Part shown: positions 12,159 through 25,216 of the stretch, piece after piece
Position numbering within the stretch: the first letter of the stretch is position 1
Layout of the letters: every line of letters begins with the position of its first letter
From: Octopus bimaculoides
Lineage: Eukaryota
DNA length: 40,541 bases
NCBI RefSeq assembly: GCF_001194135.2
Contig: NC_068993.1
Coordinates: forward strand, 25,170,293 to 25,210,833
Reading direction: 5' to 3'
The notes under the pieces: generated by a model
Told to the model about the DNA's origin: nothing
What the model saw: only the letters and a program-made list of their open reading frames with translations
Database searches by the model: none
Made by a program: the position numbers and the translations under genes

Positions 12159-13680
12159 CCCTTTTAAAACGGTTGACATAAATTTGCGCACACAATGTAC
12201 ATGTTTTAAATCGGTCGACATAATTATATGCTGCCTGATGTAGAACCTGTCACCTGAATTAACACTGGTCCATCTGCCAACTGATTGACCGATTAGATGT
12301 TTCTTCATGTAAATATTTACAACCTGATAGGCTGGTCCTGCCACTCTGGCTCTGTCAACTTCGTCGTCGCATCCTATTTCATCAAATTTACGGCCGTCAC
12401 ATCCTACCACTCTGACTTCGTCAACTTCGTCATTGTGTCTTGTATCATCAAATTTATGGTCATTGCGCCATGCTCCACCACCCCACCAGTTGTTTCTTCC
12501 AGTTTGGGTGATAATTCGGAGAGTGAGTATTTCCCTTGTTTCACAATCCAATGAGTCTGATAGCGAATCAAAGGTACAGGTGGGTTGCAGTGAATGGCTC
12601 TGGATAACAAAATGTCATGTGGCGAGTGAGAGACAATTTTGTCCAATGGCATGAGTTTACTTGTACACCTGGCATAAAGGCAAACCTTAAACATGGAAAT
12701 TCGCCATTGAAAATCTTCCACAAGTTTTTGACGGATGAACTGTTCCAATATATAGAAGACGAAACAAATGACTATGTTGAAAACCATCCGCAGCATGTCA
12801 GGCTTGAGCATGGTGGTAATTGGTTTCCAACCATGGGACAAAATCAAAGTTCTGCTTCCCTGCTGATACTGATAGGCATCGTGATGAACTGAGCCTTGTG
12901 TCACATTAGAATCGGGATCCTGCCACGTTGACACCTTTCTTTTTGGAAATGATGCCATGTGATCAATATTTTGGTGCTTCTTTGAAATCTACATTTCAAC
13001 TCAGGCGAGAACCAGGACAACAGGCTGCACAAAATACAGCTGAAAATTTCAGAACGGCATATGTCCTCACACTGGACATTTGTGCAGACAAGAGTTTGTG
13101 GAAATTCAAGGGAAGGTTCCGATTCAAACATTACAACCCAACCAAACGTCCCTGCTTTGGAGTCAAGGTTTATAAAGTATGCCAGTCAACTATCAGAGCC
13201 TGTGGCTACATGAGGAATTAGAAAATCTACGCTGGTTAGGACAGATTGGATCTTCCAGCATGTACTCTAGCATCAACTGATGTCGTGTTGTCACTGAATG
13301 AAATCTTGTTTGACAAAGGCTACAGTATTTATATGGACAACTGGTTTTCCAGTCCAGACCTCTTCCTGCAGCTGCAGGCAAAGAGGACTAATTCCTATGG
13401 GACAGTGAGGATGCGCAGGAAAAATATACTGCCCAATCATCAGAAAATAAAACTTCAAAAGGGGGAAACAATGTACCGATGCACCGATAGTGACATTCTC
13501 ACTCTAGTGTGGCGTGACAAAAAAAATGACTGCATGTTATCCATAATGCATTCTGCAAGCATGAAGGTACACTAGGGAACAAGATGCAGATGGCAATGCC
13601 ATAATGAAACCGAGTATAGTTGTTTCATACAATGAAGGGATGGGCAGGGTTGATTGCTCAGGTCATATTATCACTGGCAG
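12159..13680 (+). mobile_element. Decayed piggyBac element (PGBD4-like transposase), 3'-truncated
   Basis: TTAA|CCCTTT left end; peptides KFKGRFRFKHYNPTKRPCFGVKVYKVC, KGYSIYMDNWFSSPDLF, GTVRMRRKN and LVWRDKK. No right end found. Confidence 0.85.
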
Positions 13681-15197
13681 ACTCACTCCAACTATATATT
13701 TTCATGTTTTATCAGTTTCTACAAATTGGATGAAAGAATAATCAGTCATCCTGACTAACATTATTAATAATTTCAGTAGTGATAATGTATCAACATGCAG
13801 TGTTGAGGATCTCTTTATATAAGATATTTCATAATAGAAAGCTGTTAAGTGAGGCACATCACAAACATGTACAAGGGTTTACAGTAAACAAATTCTGGCA
13901 AACATAAATTTTAGTGACAAGGTCTAGAATCAATTTAAATTTTTGGAAAAGCCATGCTCTTCAAGTACACAGTTCAATCACCTCGACTTCTCTTTCAATA
14001 TTTGAGTACCTTTTTCAGTTGTAGTTTATGCGATTATGATACAGGATGTCTGATTTATGAAAGTATCACTGACATAGCTTTGTCACTTGCATTAGAGGTA
14101 AGGTAACATCTTTTTTTCAACATCGTAAGTTTGGACTACTGGCTTTGATACTAACATCAGCATTATATACACAAATACTTTTTGTTTTTGGACTTCTCAT
14201 AAAAATGGGACATCACATTTACGGAGTAATGAATGCAGTGGTATTCACTTGGAATAATGATTGATAAATCATGGAAAGAGCTTAACTAGTCTGAGAAAAG
14301 ATTCTAATGTTCTCGTAAATTTTACTACTAAATGATTATCTCATGATATTTTCTAGCTTTGTCCTTCTCTGTATCCCCCAATTCATCAGTCTTTAACATA
14401 GATTTAACTATAATGATCTGTATGTCTGCTGATCCCAGCCTTTTTCTCTTGTTATTTACCTTGGTATGCAAATTTTCATGAGTAAGATCTTGACAAACAG
14501 TAATGTTTTCAATGTCATACAGCCTTCATTTCAATAGCTCTCTGAAATCTAATGTTAGCTGTTTTAATTCTATATGGAAGACCCACAAGTGTACATACCA
14601 GAGTTACCTCTCTTGCTTCAGAATACTTTTCTGTCTCGTGATATATCCTCAGTAAGATCAAGTTAACAAAATAATACAGACAAGAAACAGAATACAAAAT
14701 AGATTCAGTATTTAGAGTTGGATAAGAATTTGAATAAGTTCTTTCATTTATACCTACTTTAGCCTCTCTTTATTCTGAGATTGCCATCTGATTTTCAGGA
14801 ACTTTTAAAAAAGCTTCATTTAATTTCCTCACTTTCTCTATGATTAATTATTTAATGTCTCCTGGTAATGATCTTGCCTCAAAATGAAAATAAAATAACC
14901 TGACATTTTTTTTAAAGAGAATGCTAACCTTAAAACCTCTTAATCTTCCAAACTCTCTTGGAACTTTAATCTTATGAATTAAAGCTGAGCTAGTAACATC
15001 CAGCATTTGTTTACCAAGCAAGCCGTGTTTTGTTTTTGTTTTATTTAGCAACATTTGCGTTCACAACCACTTTTCTCTTACCATTAATACATCTTCAAAC
15101 CTTCCTAAAATTTCTGTCATACATCAGATTGCTTTAGTTTGGCATCTCACTTTATTAATGTTGTTTCATTCACACTCATTCACTTTTTAGTATTATA

Positions 15198-16469
15198 CCA
15201 GGCTGAGTAAAAAGTAAACAATGGTCTGAAACATAAAATCCATCACAATATATTTCCACAATGTAGAAGTTTTATTCATCAAAGTAATTTTATTCATTAC
15301 AATCAACACATTTTTGCCAACAAGTTACAAATTTGTTTATTCCACTAACATAAAAATCTGGAGTTCTGGCGCTGATGAACTCTTTGGATACACTTTTAGC
15401 ATCAGTTTGATTTTTGAACTCCCTTTCTTGCAGGAAACCATCAGTGGTAGTCAGTAGGAGAAAGGTCTGGGGAATAAGGTGGTTGGGGAAGAAGTTTGTA
15501 GCAAAGTTCCCTCAACTTCTGGAGCATCATTAGTGAAACGTGTGGTCGAGTATTGTCTTGAGTATTGGCCCTTTTCTGTTGACCAGTCAGGGATGGAGGA
15601 GTAGTAGATTTTCATTCATTTTGGCAATTTCATGGAAATATGTTTCTGCAGTAATGGTTTCTCCAGGTTTTAAGAAGTTATAGTGGATGAGTCTTGCAGT
15701 ACACCACCAAACAGTCACCATAACCTTCTTTTTGAAGAATTCGGGATTAGGGAAGGTTTTTGGCACTCCATTTTGGTCCTACCATTGTGAAGAATGTTTT
15801 CTATTATTGTACAGAATCCACTTTTCATTGCCAGTTACAATACGGTCAAGAAATGGATCAGTCTGGTTACAAAGCAGAAGTGATGAGCAAATTTCATATC
15901 TGCACATTTTCTGATTTTCATTCAAGTCATGTGGTACCCATTTGTCGAGCATTTTTGATTTTCTGATCACATGCAAATGGTTACAGGCAGATTTCTGGCT
16001 AACTTGAGGTTCTTTTGCCAGTTCTTGAGTGGTTTTACGTGGATCTTTCTTGACAGTCTTTAATTGACCATCATCAATGACAGATGGGTGTCCACTATGC
16101 TCACAATCTTCAAAGCTCAGGTCTCCACTGCGAAATTGTTTAAACCATTTTTGAGCTGACAACTCACTGGTCATTTCCTCACCAAACATTTCATTGATAT
16201 CACGAGCAGTTTCAGCTGTTTTACGTCCTTTTTTGAAGCTGAATAGCAAAATTGCTCGAATATCGTGCTTTGACAGTTCTATTTCAGATGATTGTAACAA
16301 TGGTGAAAAAAATATCAATGTTAATTTATTGATGCTTTTGGGTAAGTCTGTGTCTATATTATCAGACAGTTATAAAAAAAAAAATGTTTAAAAAAAATTC
16401 AAAACTCTACAAAGATCTGGTACAAATTCTTCATGGTCCAAAATGTTGCTTACTTCTTACTCAACCTGA
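15198..16469 (-). mobile_element. Full-length (1272 bp) decayed mariner transposon
   Basis: TA TSDs at 15196-97 and 16470-71; TIRs CCAGGCTGAGTAAAAAGTAAACAA / TCAGGTTGAGTAAGAAGTAAGCAA; ORF 15779-16318 with WVPHDL and IVTGNEKW; downstream YSPDLSPTDY. Stops and frameshifts present. Confidence 0.92.
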
Positions 16470-17380
16470 TAGTTACCTGACTGCTAACATCAATTTTCAT
16501 TTTAATGCTACATCATTGAGTTTTACATTAATCATTTTAGATTTTTTGCATGAATTTTCTTAAATACTAAAAAGATTTTCCTTTTTTATTTTTCCAGTTT
16601 CTTTGTAAGTTTGTATGCTCCATTAAAGTGATTGTTCCTACTCCCCCCATCCCCAATGCAAAACATCTGGACACTACTTGCTTATATCCACAAAAGTGAC
16701 ATTTTCTAGTCAAATTTATACTTGTTTCTATCAACGTGACATGATGATTTAATCAAGATAATTTTCATTATTTTTTTCTGTTTCAATCATCTTGAATTTA
16801 AAAATCATTTCAATCATTTACGTCAGGTTTAAAGTTTGAAGATAATTTCCCCACTTCTTTCCACCAGTTGTGGGAAACCAAGGAAAAGAATGATTATAGA
16901 TGCTTAGATGCTGCTCTTCTTTCTCTCACTAGTAAAAAAAAGGGTGGGGGTGTGATAAGAGTCTATAACATAAACCACAGGTCTTATACTGCTATAATTT
17001 ATTGTTTTAACTTCCAAGGGTCTCACCATTTTAGAAACTGTTCATGCAGCCATTGCACTTATTTTAAGTATAAACAAATCTGTTGTTTATTTTATATTAT
17101 TAGTGTCCAAAGTTTTCATTCTTGCAGTAGCAACAAAACATCTCCACCAACCCAGTATTATATCTGGATGATTGAGTTAAAGGCCGTTACTATTATTATT
17201 AACTAGCAATGTTTTTGTCATGTAATGAATTTATCGAAACAGAATTGTAATCACATGTAATTCATTATATAGAAACATTTCATTTAACTCTAGGGTCAAG
17301 CTACTGCATCAAATTGGTAACCATTTCAAAAAGACTCAATCACATGCAATCACATCAACATAACATCAGCATCACAATAA

Positions 17381-18475
17381 GGCATAACTACAGAGTTGTA
17401 CCCCCCCCCCGACTTTGGAAGGTCATAACTTTCAGAAAAATGAATATTTTTTAATGAAATTTTCTATGCATATATTATTTATTATGTAGATTCCGAATAT
17501 ACAAAAAATTTCGGTGAAAGTGTTTTGGAATGGGGGTGGGGGACAATTTTCGGAAATTCCAACAGAGTCCACTTAAATTCCTCTTTAACTTCCAGGAAAA
17601 TGAATATTTTTCCGTGAAATTTTCTACAAATATACCTTGATGTGTGTACATTTCGAGCNNNNNNNNNNNNNNNNNNNNNNNNNNNNNNNNNNNNNNNNNN
17701 NNNNNNNNNNNNNNNNNNNNNNNNNNNNNNNNNNNNNNNNNNNNNNNNNNNNNNNNNNNNNNNNNNNNNNNNNNNNNNNNNNNNNNNNNNNNNNNNNNNN
17801 NNNNNNNNNNNNNNNNNNNNNNNNNNNNNNNNNNNNNNNNNNNNNNNNNNNNNNNNNNNNNNNNNNNNNNNNNNNNNNNNNNNNNNNNNNNNNNNNNNNN
17901 NNNNNNNNNNNNNNNNNNNNNNNNNNNNNNNNNNNNNNNNNNNNNNNNNNNNNNNNNNNNNNNNNNNNNNNNNNNNNNNNNNNNNNNNNNNNNNNNNNNN
18001 NNNNNNNNNNNNNNNNNNNNNNNNNNNNNNNNNNNNNNNNNNNNNNNNNNNNNNNNNNNNNNNNNNNNNNNNNNNNNNNNNNNNNNNNNNNNNNNNNNNN
18101 NNNNNNNNNNNNNNNNNNNNNNNNNNNNNNNNNNNNNNNNNNNNNNNNNNNNNNNNNNNNNNNNNNNNNNNNNNNNNNNNNNNNNNNNNNNNNNNNNNNN
18201 NNNNNNNNNNNNNNNNNNNNNNNNNNNNNNNNNNNNNNNNNNNNACGGAAAAATATTCATTTTCCTGGAAGTTAAGAGGAATTTAAGTGGACTCTGTTGG
18301 AATTTCCGAAAATTGTCCCCCACCCCCATTCCAAAACACTTTCACCGAAATTTTTTGTATATTCGGAATCTACATAATAAATAATATATGCATAGAAAAT
18401 TTCATTAAAAAATATTCGTTTTTCTGAAAGTTAGGACCTTCCAAAGTCGTGGGGGTACAACTCTGTAGTTATGCC
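17381..18475. mobile_element. Foldback/MULE-like element with TIRs of at least 230 bp around an assembly gap
   Basis: 17381-17615 is almost the exact reverse complement of 18245-18475; flanked by a 9-bp TSD with one mismatch (tcacaataa / tcgcaataa). Confidence 0.82.
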
Positions 18476-19484
18476 TCGCAATAAGAAGCTATTATTATTT
18501 TTCTTTATTTTATTTTATTTTTTTGTTTTTGATTTTTAAATTAAGAAACAGAAATTCAGTTGATATTCATTTTAAATCAGAATAACTATTTAATATCCTG
18601 ACATCATATTATTCACTCAATGTCCCATTAACCTTTGTGATACCATCTTCACACTATATTTTATGGGTAACTAGGTTAAATATAGTTTGACAACACTAAT
18701 TTAATATATCTGAATTTAGATTCTAGCACCGTTGAATAGGTTATTACATTATTTAAAAAAAAAAATTTTTTGTGGACTGGCATTGTATGAAGCAGGAGAT
18801 ACTTCTTCCTCTGCTTAATGTTCCAAATAAAATAAAAGCAGTAGTTTTATAAGTCACTCTGGCTTGTTCTGACATTTTGTTTTAATTTACTTTCACTCAA
18901 AGAAGTAGGAGGAATAAGATGAGAGACAGTTCTTATGACCTTTGAAGTAGTCCCATTCTAGTAACATTGATGTAGATGGTGTTCACTTTTAACCTCTATA
19001 AGTTGACATCTACAAAGAAAATATCATTCAAGATAACTCTGTAGGCAATATTCCTTAATTGGAGGTCCAATGCAGAAAGCTCCTTTCCAATGCGTGAATC
19101 TTGGAACGAGATGTTGAGAAGCTATGCTTCCTAATCAGTGGAGCATTTATCAATATTGTGAAGGGTTCTTTGGAGATTTAAGACAAGCTTCAAATATAAT
19201 GAACGTTAAATGTATCTTACACAAGATAATAGACATAATAATAGTTATATCATAGAATTATTCATTTTCATTCAATAATATTTACAGTTAAAAGATAGTA
19301 TTTGAATGAAACAAAAAAAAAAAGAATGAAAGAAAGGGAAAGAAGAAAAAGGAAAAAGAGAATTAAGCAATGAAAGAAAAAGAGATGGGGCATGACTTTT
19401 ATTTAATTTAATGATATTTCTAATTGTTGTAACTCTCTAACTGATTGTGCTAACATTTCTATTTGATTTTTTGATTGTTTGTAG

Positions 19485-19591
19485 CCCTCTAAATGATGAT
19501 ACCAAGATTCCTCTCAGCAACAGTAACATCCTTCTTCGAGGTTGTGTTTTACAGAATACAGATTTTGTGGACGGATTAGTAATATATGCAG
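19485..19591 (+). CDS. ATP10: ATP10-like exon (PLNDDTKIPLSNSNILLRGCVLQNTDFVDGLVIYA+G)
   Basis: tttgtag| acceptor and |gtcagt donor; 107 nt; LLRGCxLxNT and VIYAG motifs. Confidence 0.95.
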
Positions 19592-19669
19592 GTCAGTGGA
19601 TGTTTTTTTCCGTTCTTAAGTTGTATTTAATTACAAGCAAAATATTGGTTTCAAATTTTGGCACAAAAC

Positions 19670-19795
19670 CAGCAATACCAGAGGAGGGGCTAAGTCAATT
19701 AAATCGACCTCAGTGCTCAATTGTTACTTATTTTATCATCTCTAAAAGAATGAAAGGTAAAGTGAACTGTGGTGGCATTTGAACCCGAAACATAA
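19670..19795 (-). mobile_element. Degenerate SINE fragment related to 7471-7676
   Basis: taagtcaattaaatcgacc...aaaagaatgaaaggtaaagtgaac...gcatttgaac aligns by eye with the 7471 copy. Confidence 0.55.
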
Positions 19796-20194
19796 AGACA
19801 TACATTGCAGCCAAATCTTCCTTAAATCCTATTGACCCATTTCAAATATAGACAAATTCTAAGACTGCTATCAAGAGATCACCATTATATCTGTATGCTC
19901 CCACCTAGGCATGGTTTAATTTTATGGAAGACCAGCGGTTGCCTATACAGGCAAGTCTCTCCTTTCAGCACTATCAACGTTGTCCATGGGAAAGCAAATC
20001 CAGCCAAAACGGCTTGGCATCAGTGGTGCTGCAGGTGTTGCTGCTAAAATGCAAAGTTCTGGACAGTTCTGCTCATTTACTGCTCTTGATGGTTTTCTTA
20101 AAAAGAAGAATATTTGAGACAATATAATCCCTGATTTTTAAATAGATTGAATGGCCATGGCTGAAATGCTTAAGCAGTATCATTTTCCATTGTG

Positions 20195-20588
20195 TCATCA
20201 GTTAAGAAGTTTCCGTCCCGGCCATATGGTTTTGGGTTCAGTTCCACTGTATGGCACCTTGGGCAAGTGTCTTCTACTGTAGCTGAAGGCTAGCTAAAGC
20301 TTTGTGAGTGGATTTGTTGGATCAAAACTGAAAGATGTCCATTATATATATGCATATGTATGTGTGCTTGTGTCTCCTTGCCTTGACATTGTGTGATTAT
20401 TGTAATGAATCTCATTCATTTTCAATATTCCATGGAGACATGTCTGGTTATAGGAAATATTGCCTTACCTGGAAACAGTTAAGGGTTGGTGACAGGAGGG
20501 GTATCTGGCTGTAGAAAGTCTGTCTCAATAAACTCCATCTGACCGGTGCAAACATGGAAAAGTGGATGTTAAAATGATGATGATGGTG
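20195..20588 (+). mobile_element. tRNA-derived SINE ending in an RTE-type 3' tail
   Basis: Head ggttcagttccactgtatggcaccttgggcaagtgtcttctac; tail gcaaacatggaaaagtggatgttaaaatgatgatgatg resembling the RTE terminus. Confidence 0.72.
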
Positions 20589-20878
20589 ACTATTGTTACA
20601 AACAGCAATGCTGATCTTTACAAAAGTGTGGTTATGTGCTTATACATATATGTGTGAGGGTGGGTGTGTAATGTACATATATATGTATTTATGTATGTGT
20701 GTGTGTCTTTGTGTCTGTGTTTGTCCCCACATCCCTGTAACTTAGTAGTTTGACAAAAGAGATGAATAAAACAAATACCAGGCTTAAAAAAATAAGTACT
20801 GGGTTTGATTCGCCAAGGCAATACCCCAGCATGGCTGCAGTCTAATAAAGAAAACAAGTAAAAGATAAAAAAAATATA

Positions 20879-21106
20879 TGAACCATTTAGCATTTAAACT
20901 GGCTACATCCAGCTCAAATATTCTATTTGTTTTATGTTCGAGCTGGCTGGGTCTAGCTTCTCACACTTACCCTGCAATATCATTCTAAAAATAAAGAGTC
21001 GCATCATTGAAATCTCAGTGTCACAGAATAATGCATAATTAATCCAAAACAGTGTGAATAAATAAGGATTACATTTGACAGAGTAATATAAATGCTAAAG
21101 AGTTAA
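20879..21106. mobile_element. Short MITE-like element with piggyBac-style TTAA ends
   Basis: Imperfect TIR gaaccatttagcattt ... aaatgctaaagagttaa. Confidence 0.5.
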
Positions 21107-21231
21107 AGGGACCTGAGTCAGGCAAAGTTGACCTCAATACGATTTGAACAGAGTGTACAAAGCTGGAACAACTAGCATAAACAATTCTACCACTTCACCT
21201 TCTGTGTGTGTGTGTGTGTGTGTACACGCAT

Positions 21232-21263
<32 letters not shown>

Positions 21264-21266
<3 letters not shown>

Positions 21267-21824
21267 TGTCTATGTGATAAGAAGCATGCTTCCCAGCCAC
21301 ATGGTTCCAGGTTCAGTCCCACTATGGTACCTTTGGCAAGTGTCTTCTACTATAATCTCGCACCAATCAAAGCCTAGTGTGTGGATTTGGTTGACAGAAA
21401 CTGAAAGAAGCCCATATATGTATCTATATATATAAAAGGCAGGATGTGTGTGTGTGTACGTGACTGTAATTTATGTACGTCCACAAATTAGCACGCATGT
21501 CACTCCAATTTTAGGGGGACATTTGTCATGACCCTAGCTGCATTTTCGTCAACTTATTTTTCCCATAGGCACCAGCGAATAGCAGTAAATTTTCCACCAA
21601 AACTTCTAACAAATTTCAAATCGGAGAAAATCACCATTGTTTACAACAGAAGTTAAGTCCCCTTCTAGCGACGAGCAAGTTTTTAAGACTTTTGTTGTTT
21701 TTTTTCCATCGATGAAAAAGTGTTTTGTTGATATACGGGCAACACACATGCACACAACGGACATGTATACGTACAAAAAATATATATGAAATTGGTGTAC
21801 ATACGTGCATGTGTGTGTGTGTTG

Positions 21825-21874
<50 letters not shown>

Positions 21875-22437
21875 TATACTTAAGACTTAGTTGTGATCTG
21901 AACATAACTGCTTCTGACACAGAGAATCGGGAGCCCTTTTGGGCATTCTATTTTCCTTGCTGGAAGGGTTCCCAACCCATGGGCAAAGAGGGGTTAGATG
22001 ATGGGGGTGGTGCTTTCAAAGGGCTGGCATGTGTAACCTGATCACCTCTGCCGATCAAACTCCCAACCTATGCGCTCCTGTCGCGACACTGATTCTGCCC
22101 AAATTTGATGTCGATGTTACTTAGTTTGGTTTGAAATAAAGAACTTGATTAGCTTAATAATCCCAACTTAATCCCTGGCAAAGCTGGGCTATACTGCTAG
22201 TATATGCCTATATAAGTGTGACTTTGTGTCTGTGTTTGTCCTTCACCACCTCTTGACAACTGGTGTTGTTGTGTTTATGTCCCTGTAGCTGTTCAGCAAT
22301 AAAGAACAATAGAATAAGTACTGGGTTTTAAAATAGGAAGTACTGGGGTTGATTCATTCAGCTAGAAATTATTCAAGGTGGTACTCCAGCATGGCCGCAG
22401 CCTAATGGATGAAACAAATAAAATAAAAAAGATAAAC
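21264..22437 (+). mobile_element. tRNA-derived SINE split by a Helitron (5' half 21264-21422, 3' half 22201-22437)
   Basis: Head gtgataagaagcatgcttcccagccacatggttccaggttcagtccc; the 3' half (gtgtctgtgtttgtcc...ccagcatggccgcagc...gaaacaaataaa) is also seen at about 20700-20872. Confidence 0.75.
21423..22200 (+). mobile_element. Complete non-autonomous Helitron (778 bp)
   Basis: A|TC 5' end; 3' hairpin ccctggcaaagctggg followed by CTAG|T; no TSD, as expected for rolling-circle elements. Confidence 0.85.
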
Positions 22438-23371
22438 GACACATACACACAATATATAGCATATGCAATAAGCAGCCTGTCCATGTACTGTTTCATTTTA
22501 CATTTACTTAGGAAAGTTTCTGCAATTTCTATGCTTTAAACAGTGGACATCGTGGTTGTGTATAGAAAGAAATAACACTCTTATTGTAATTCTCTAAACC
22601 TGAACTGTTTACCCTAACCTTAACTCTAAACTGAAATATAGTTTGTTTCTTTCTGCTGTTTTTGTTTTTTCTTGCCTTTTTATTTGTGGGATTGCTGTCT
22701 TCTATGCTCAATACATTTAATTATATATAATAATTTCTGAAAATGTTGAAAATCAAAAAGTTAATGCTGGTTATGTATTCTAAAATGTAAAGTTTAAGAG
22801 CTGTAATTAATCTCTGAAAAATACAATCAGTTTCTTTTTTTCCTTTTATCAGAATCCTAAAGAAAATATCCTTCATATAATAGAAAATAGAAATATTTGG
22901 GCAGGTGGTCTTCATATTGTACTGCTATGCAAATATATAATTTCAATTTAATATTTACTTGAAATATATATATAATTTGGTATAGATGTGGTTGTTACTA
23001 AGAATGTCACTTTGTAACCATGGCCTGTTAAATTCATTCCAGTCAAACCATTGTTGAAAATAAAGCCTTTTATTGTAATGTCATTTGCAGGACTACATGA
23101 AAGGTGAAATCAAATTTAATCAAAAATAGGTTGTTTTCCCAGTCAAAAAGTGAAGTGTTTCCTTTGAAAATTAAGCAAACAAGGAAGGAAAGTAAATAGT
23201 TGAGTGTAAAATACCAGCCAGTTACTATAAAATGTCTAGTGTAATTTTATCATTATTGAAGTTGGATTCACTTAATATTTTAATTAAATTCTGTTTTTAC
23301 AGCAAAGCATGGCTGTTATCTACACTGATGTATTGAATGTTAATAGATGAGAGTTAGAATGACTAACAGTA

Positions 23372-24075
23372 CAGGGTGTTTGGGCTAAATTGGACAGTTT
23401 GCTTAAAAGGAAAAGAATATCCCATCTATAAATAAAAGTATTTTTTTAAAATCATAAAGTATCAAATAGATTATGGTTGGGAGATAACAATTTACTCAAA
23501 GAAGCTGCACTCAGCTTCTACCACAGCTTCAAGACAGCTCCAGAACCTGGTGTGTATGTTCCTCACTGTGTCCCTAGGAAGATCTTCAAACACCTCCTTT
23601 ATCTTGGCCACCAGCTCAGTCTTGGTGTCACAGCAGAGCAGTTGTCTTTATCAATTATATCTCACAAATAATAATCTATGGGATTACAGTCAGGGGAATT
23701 AGGAGGCCTGAAATTGGGGCTAGTGAATTCATAGAAATTCTCTGATGACCACTTCTAACTCTTTCCAGTAGTATGGCAAAAATCTAAATTTTGCTGCTAC
23801 ACATATGGCCTTCCAGCAGCAACCCTCTCCAACCAGGGTTTGACCACAGTCTGTGGGAGCTTCGCATAGCCATTTGAATTGAGCCTATGGCTTTGTTCAA
23901 AGATGTGAGGCAGCACGATGTCACCCTCATAGCAGACACACTCTAAAACCACCACCCTCCTGCTGACCATGGCTTTGTAGCCTCCCTTGCTGTTGTCCAT
24001 ATCATGTTTTACAGTCTTTACAGTGTTCATGGAGCATTCAACAGCAGTCATGATGCTAGCATTTTCATACATGGA
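23372..24075 (-). mobile_element. Truncated Tc1/mariner (maT/DD37D-like) element
   Basis: TA|CAGGGTG terminus; minus-strand peptide EGDIVLPHIFEQ...VVKPWLERVAAGRPYV, homologous to the 37441-38520 copy. Confidence 0.75.
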
Positions 24076-24261
24076 TGATACAACACTGGTGGAAGAAAAG
24101 GAGGAATTTACTCTCAGTTTAAGGATTTGGTCTTAGTTGGATGTGCAATGTCAATGTACATATGCAACAGAGCACTAGTAACTCACTTTTTCAGGTGACA
24201 ATGGCCATGAATTCATCTCCATCATTGCTTGAAAGCAAAGAACACTTTCGATATATGTATA

Positions 24262-24562
24262 TACCGGTTGGTGATGCCACATAAAAAAACACTCGTGTTG
24301 TGCCATGTTAAAAGCACTGGTGATGGTGTCACGTAAGAAGCACCCAGCACACTTGGTGGAGTAGTTGGCATTAGGAAGGACATCCAGCCATAGAAACCAT
24401 GCCAGAACAGACAATGGGGCTTTGTGCAGGTCCCAGCCTTACCAACTCCAGTCAAACTGTCCAACCCATACCAGTGTGGAAAATGGACATTAAATGATGA
24501 TGACGATGATAATCATGATGATGATGATGATGATTATCATCATGATGATGATCATCATCATC
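24262..24562 (+). mobile_element. Older RTE 3' UTR fragment with degenerate (GAT)n/(CAT)n tail
   Basis: gttggcattaggaaggacatccagcc...gtcaaactgtccaacccataccagtgtggaaaatggacattaaatgatgat. Confidence 0.75.
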
Positions 24563-25084
24563 TATTAAGTACACATAAATCTGTGTGTATGTATCTATGC
24601 ATATATCAACATATTGATGTCCACTTTTTTAAGCTTGCATGGGTTGTATGGAGTTCATGAGTGAGTGTGTGTGTGTCTCTTTGTCTTGACATTGTGTGAC
24701 AGTTGTAAACAAGTTTCAGCTCCATACAAGTGGTGAGCTTTTTTTCCAGTCTTCATCACAAACATCTCTAGTCACAGGAAAATATTACTTTGGTTGAAAA
24801 CGAATGAATTTTGACAATGGAAAAGACATCTAACCATCGAAAATCTGTCAACAAATTCAATCTGACAAATGCAAACATGGAAATTTGATCATTTATATGA
24901 TGATAAATGCATACATACATACACGCACGCACGCACGCACGCACGCACGCGCGCGCGTGTGTGTGTATTTCAGCAATTTTAAAATTTCAAGTTATATGTA
25001 TGTATATTGAATGTGTTCTTTGTGAATATGTATATTTTGGGTATAGTATTTTTTTGTTGTTGATCAAACTGTTCTGTGTTGTAG

Positions 25085-25216
25085 GTCATGACACAAAAGC
25101 TATGCTCAATAACAGAGGACCCAGATACAAGAGAAGCAAACTGGAATGTAAAATAAACCGGGATATTGTTTGGTGTGCCCTACTGTTGATTTTTCTCTGT
25201 GTCTTCTGTGCAGCTG
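25085..25216 (+). CDS. ATP10: ATP10-like exon ([46 protein letters not shown]3 entry)
   Basis: gttgtag| acceptor and |gtaagt donor; 132 nt, phase 1/1. Confidence 0.96.

Noticed and set aside
17475-18384. Long ORFs (212-284 aa) in the ORF track; likewise 9975-10427, 8877-9170, 33331-33711 and most of 26809-27576
   Set aside because: Their length comes from N gaps translated as X. They are not evidence of coding sequence.
20618-22041. Several ORFs rich in CV, YI and HT dipeptides
   Set aside because: Translations of (TG)n, (TA)n and (CA)n microsatellites and SINE/Helitron sequence.
24424-24660. Asp/His-rich ORF (DDDDDNHDDDD...HHH)
   Set aside because: It is the degenerate (GAT)n/(CAT)n tail of an RTE fragment.
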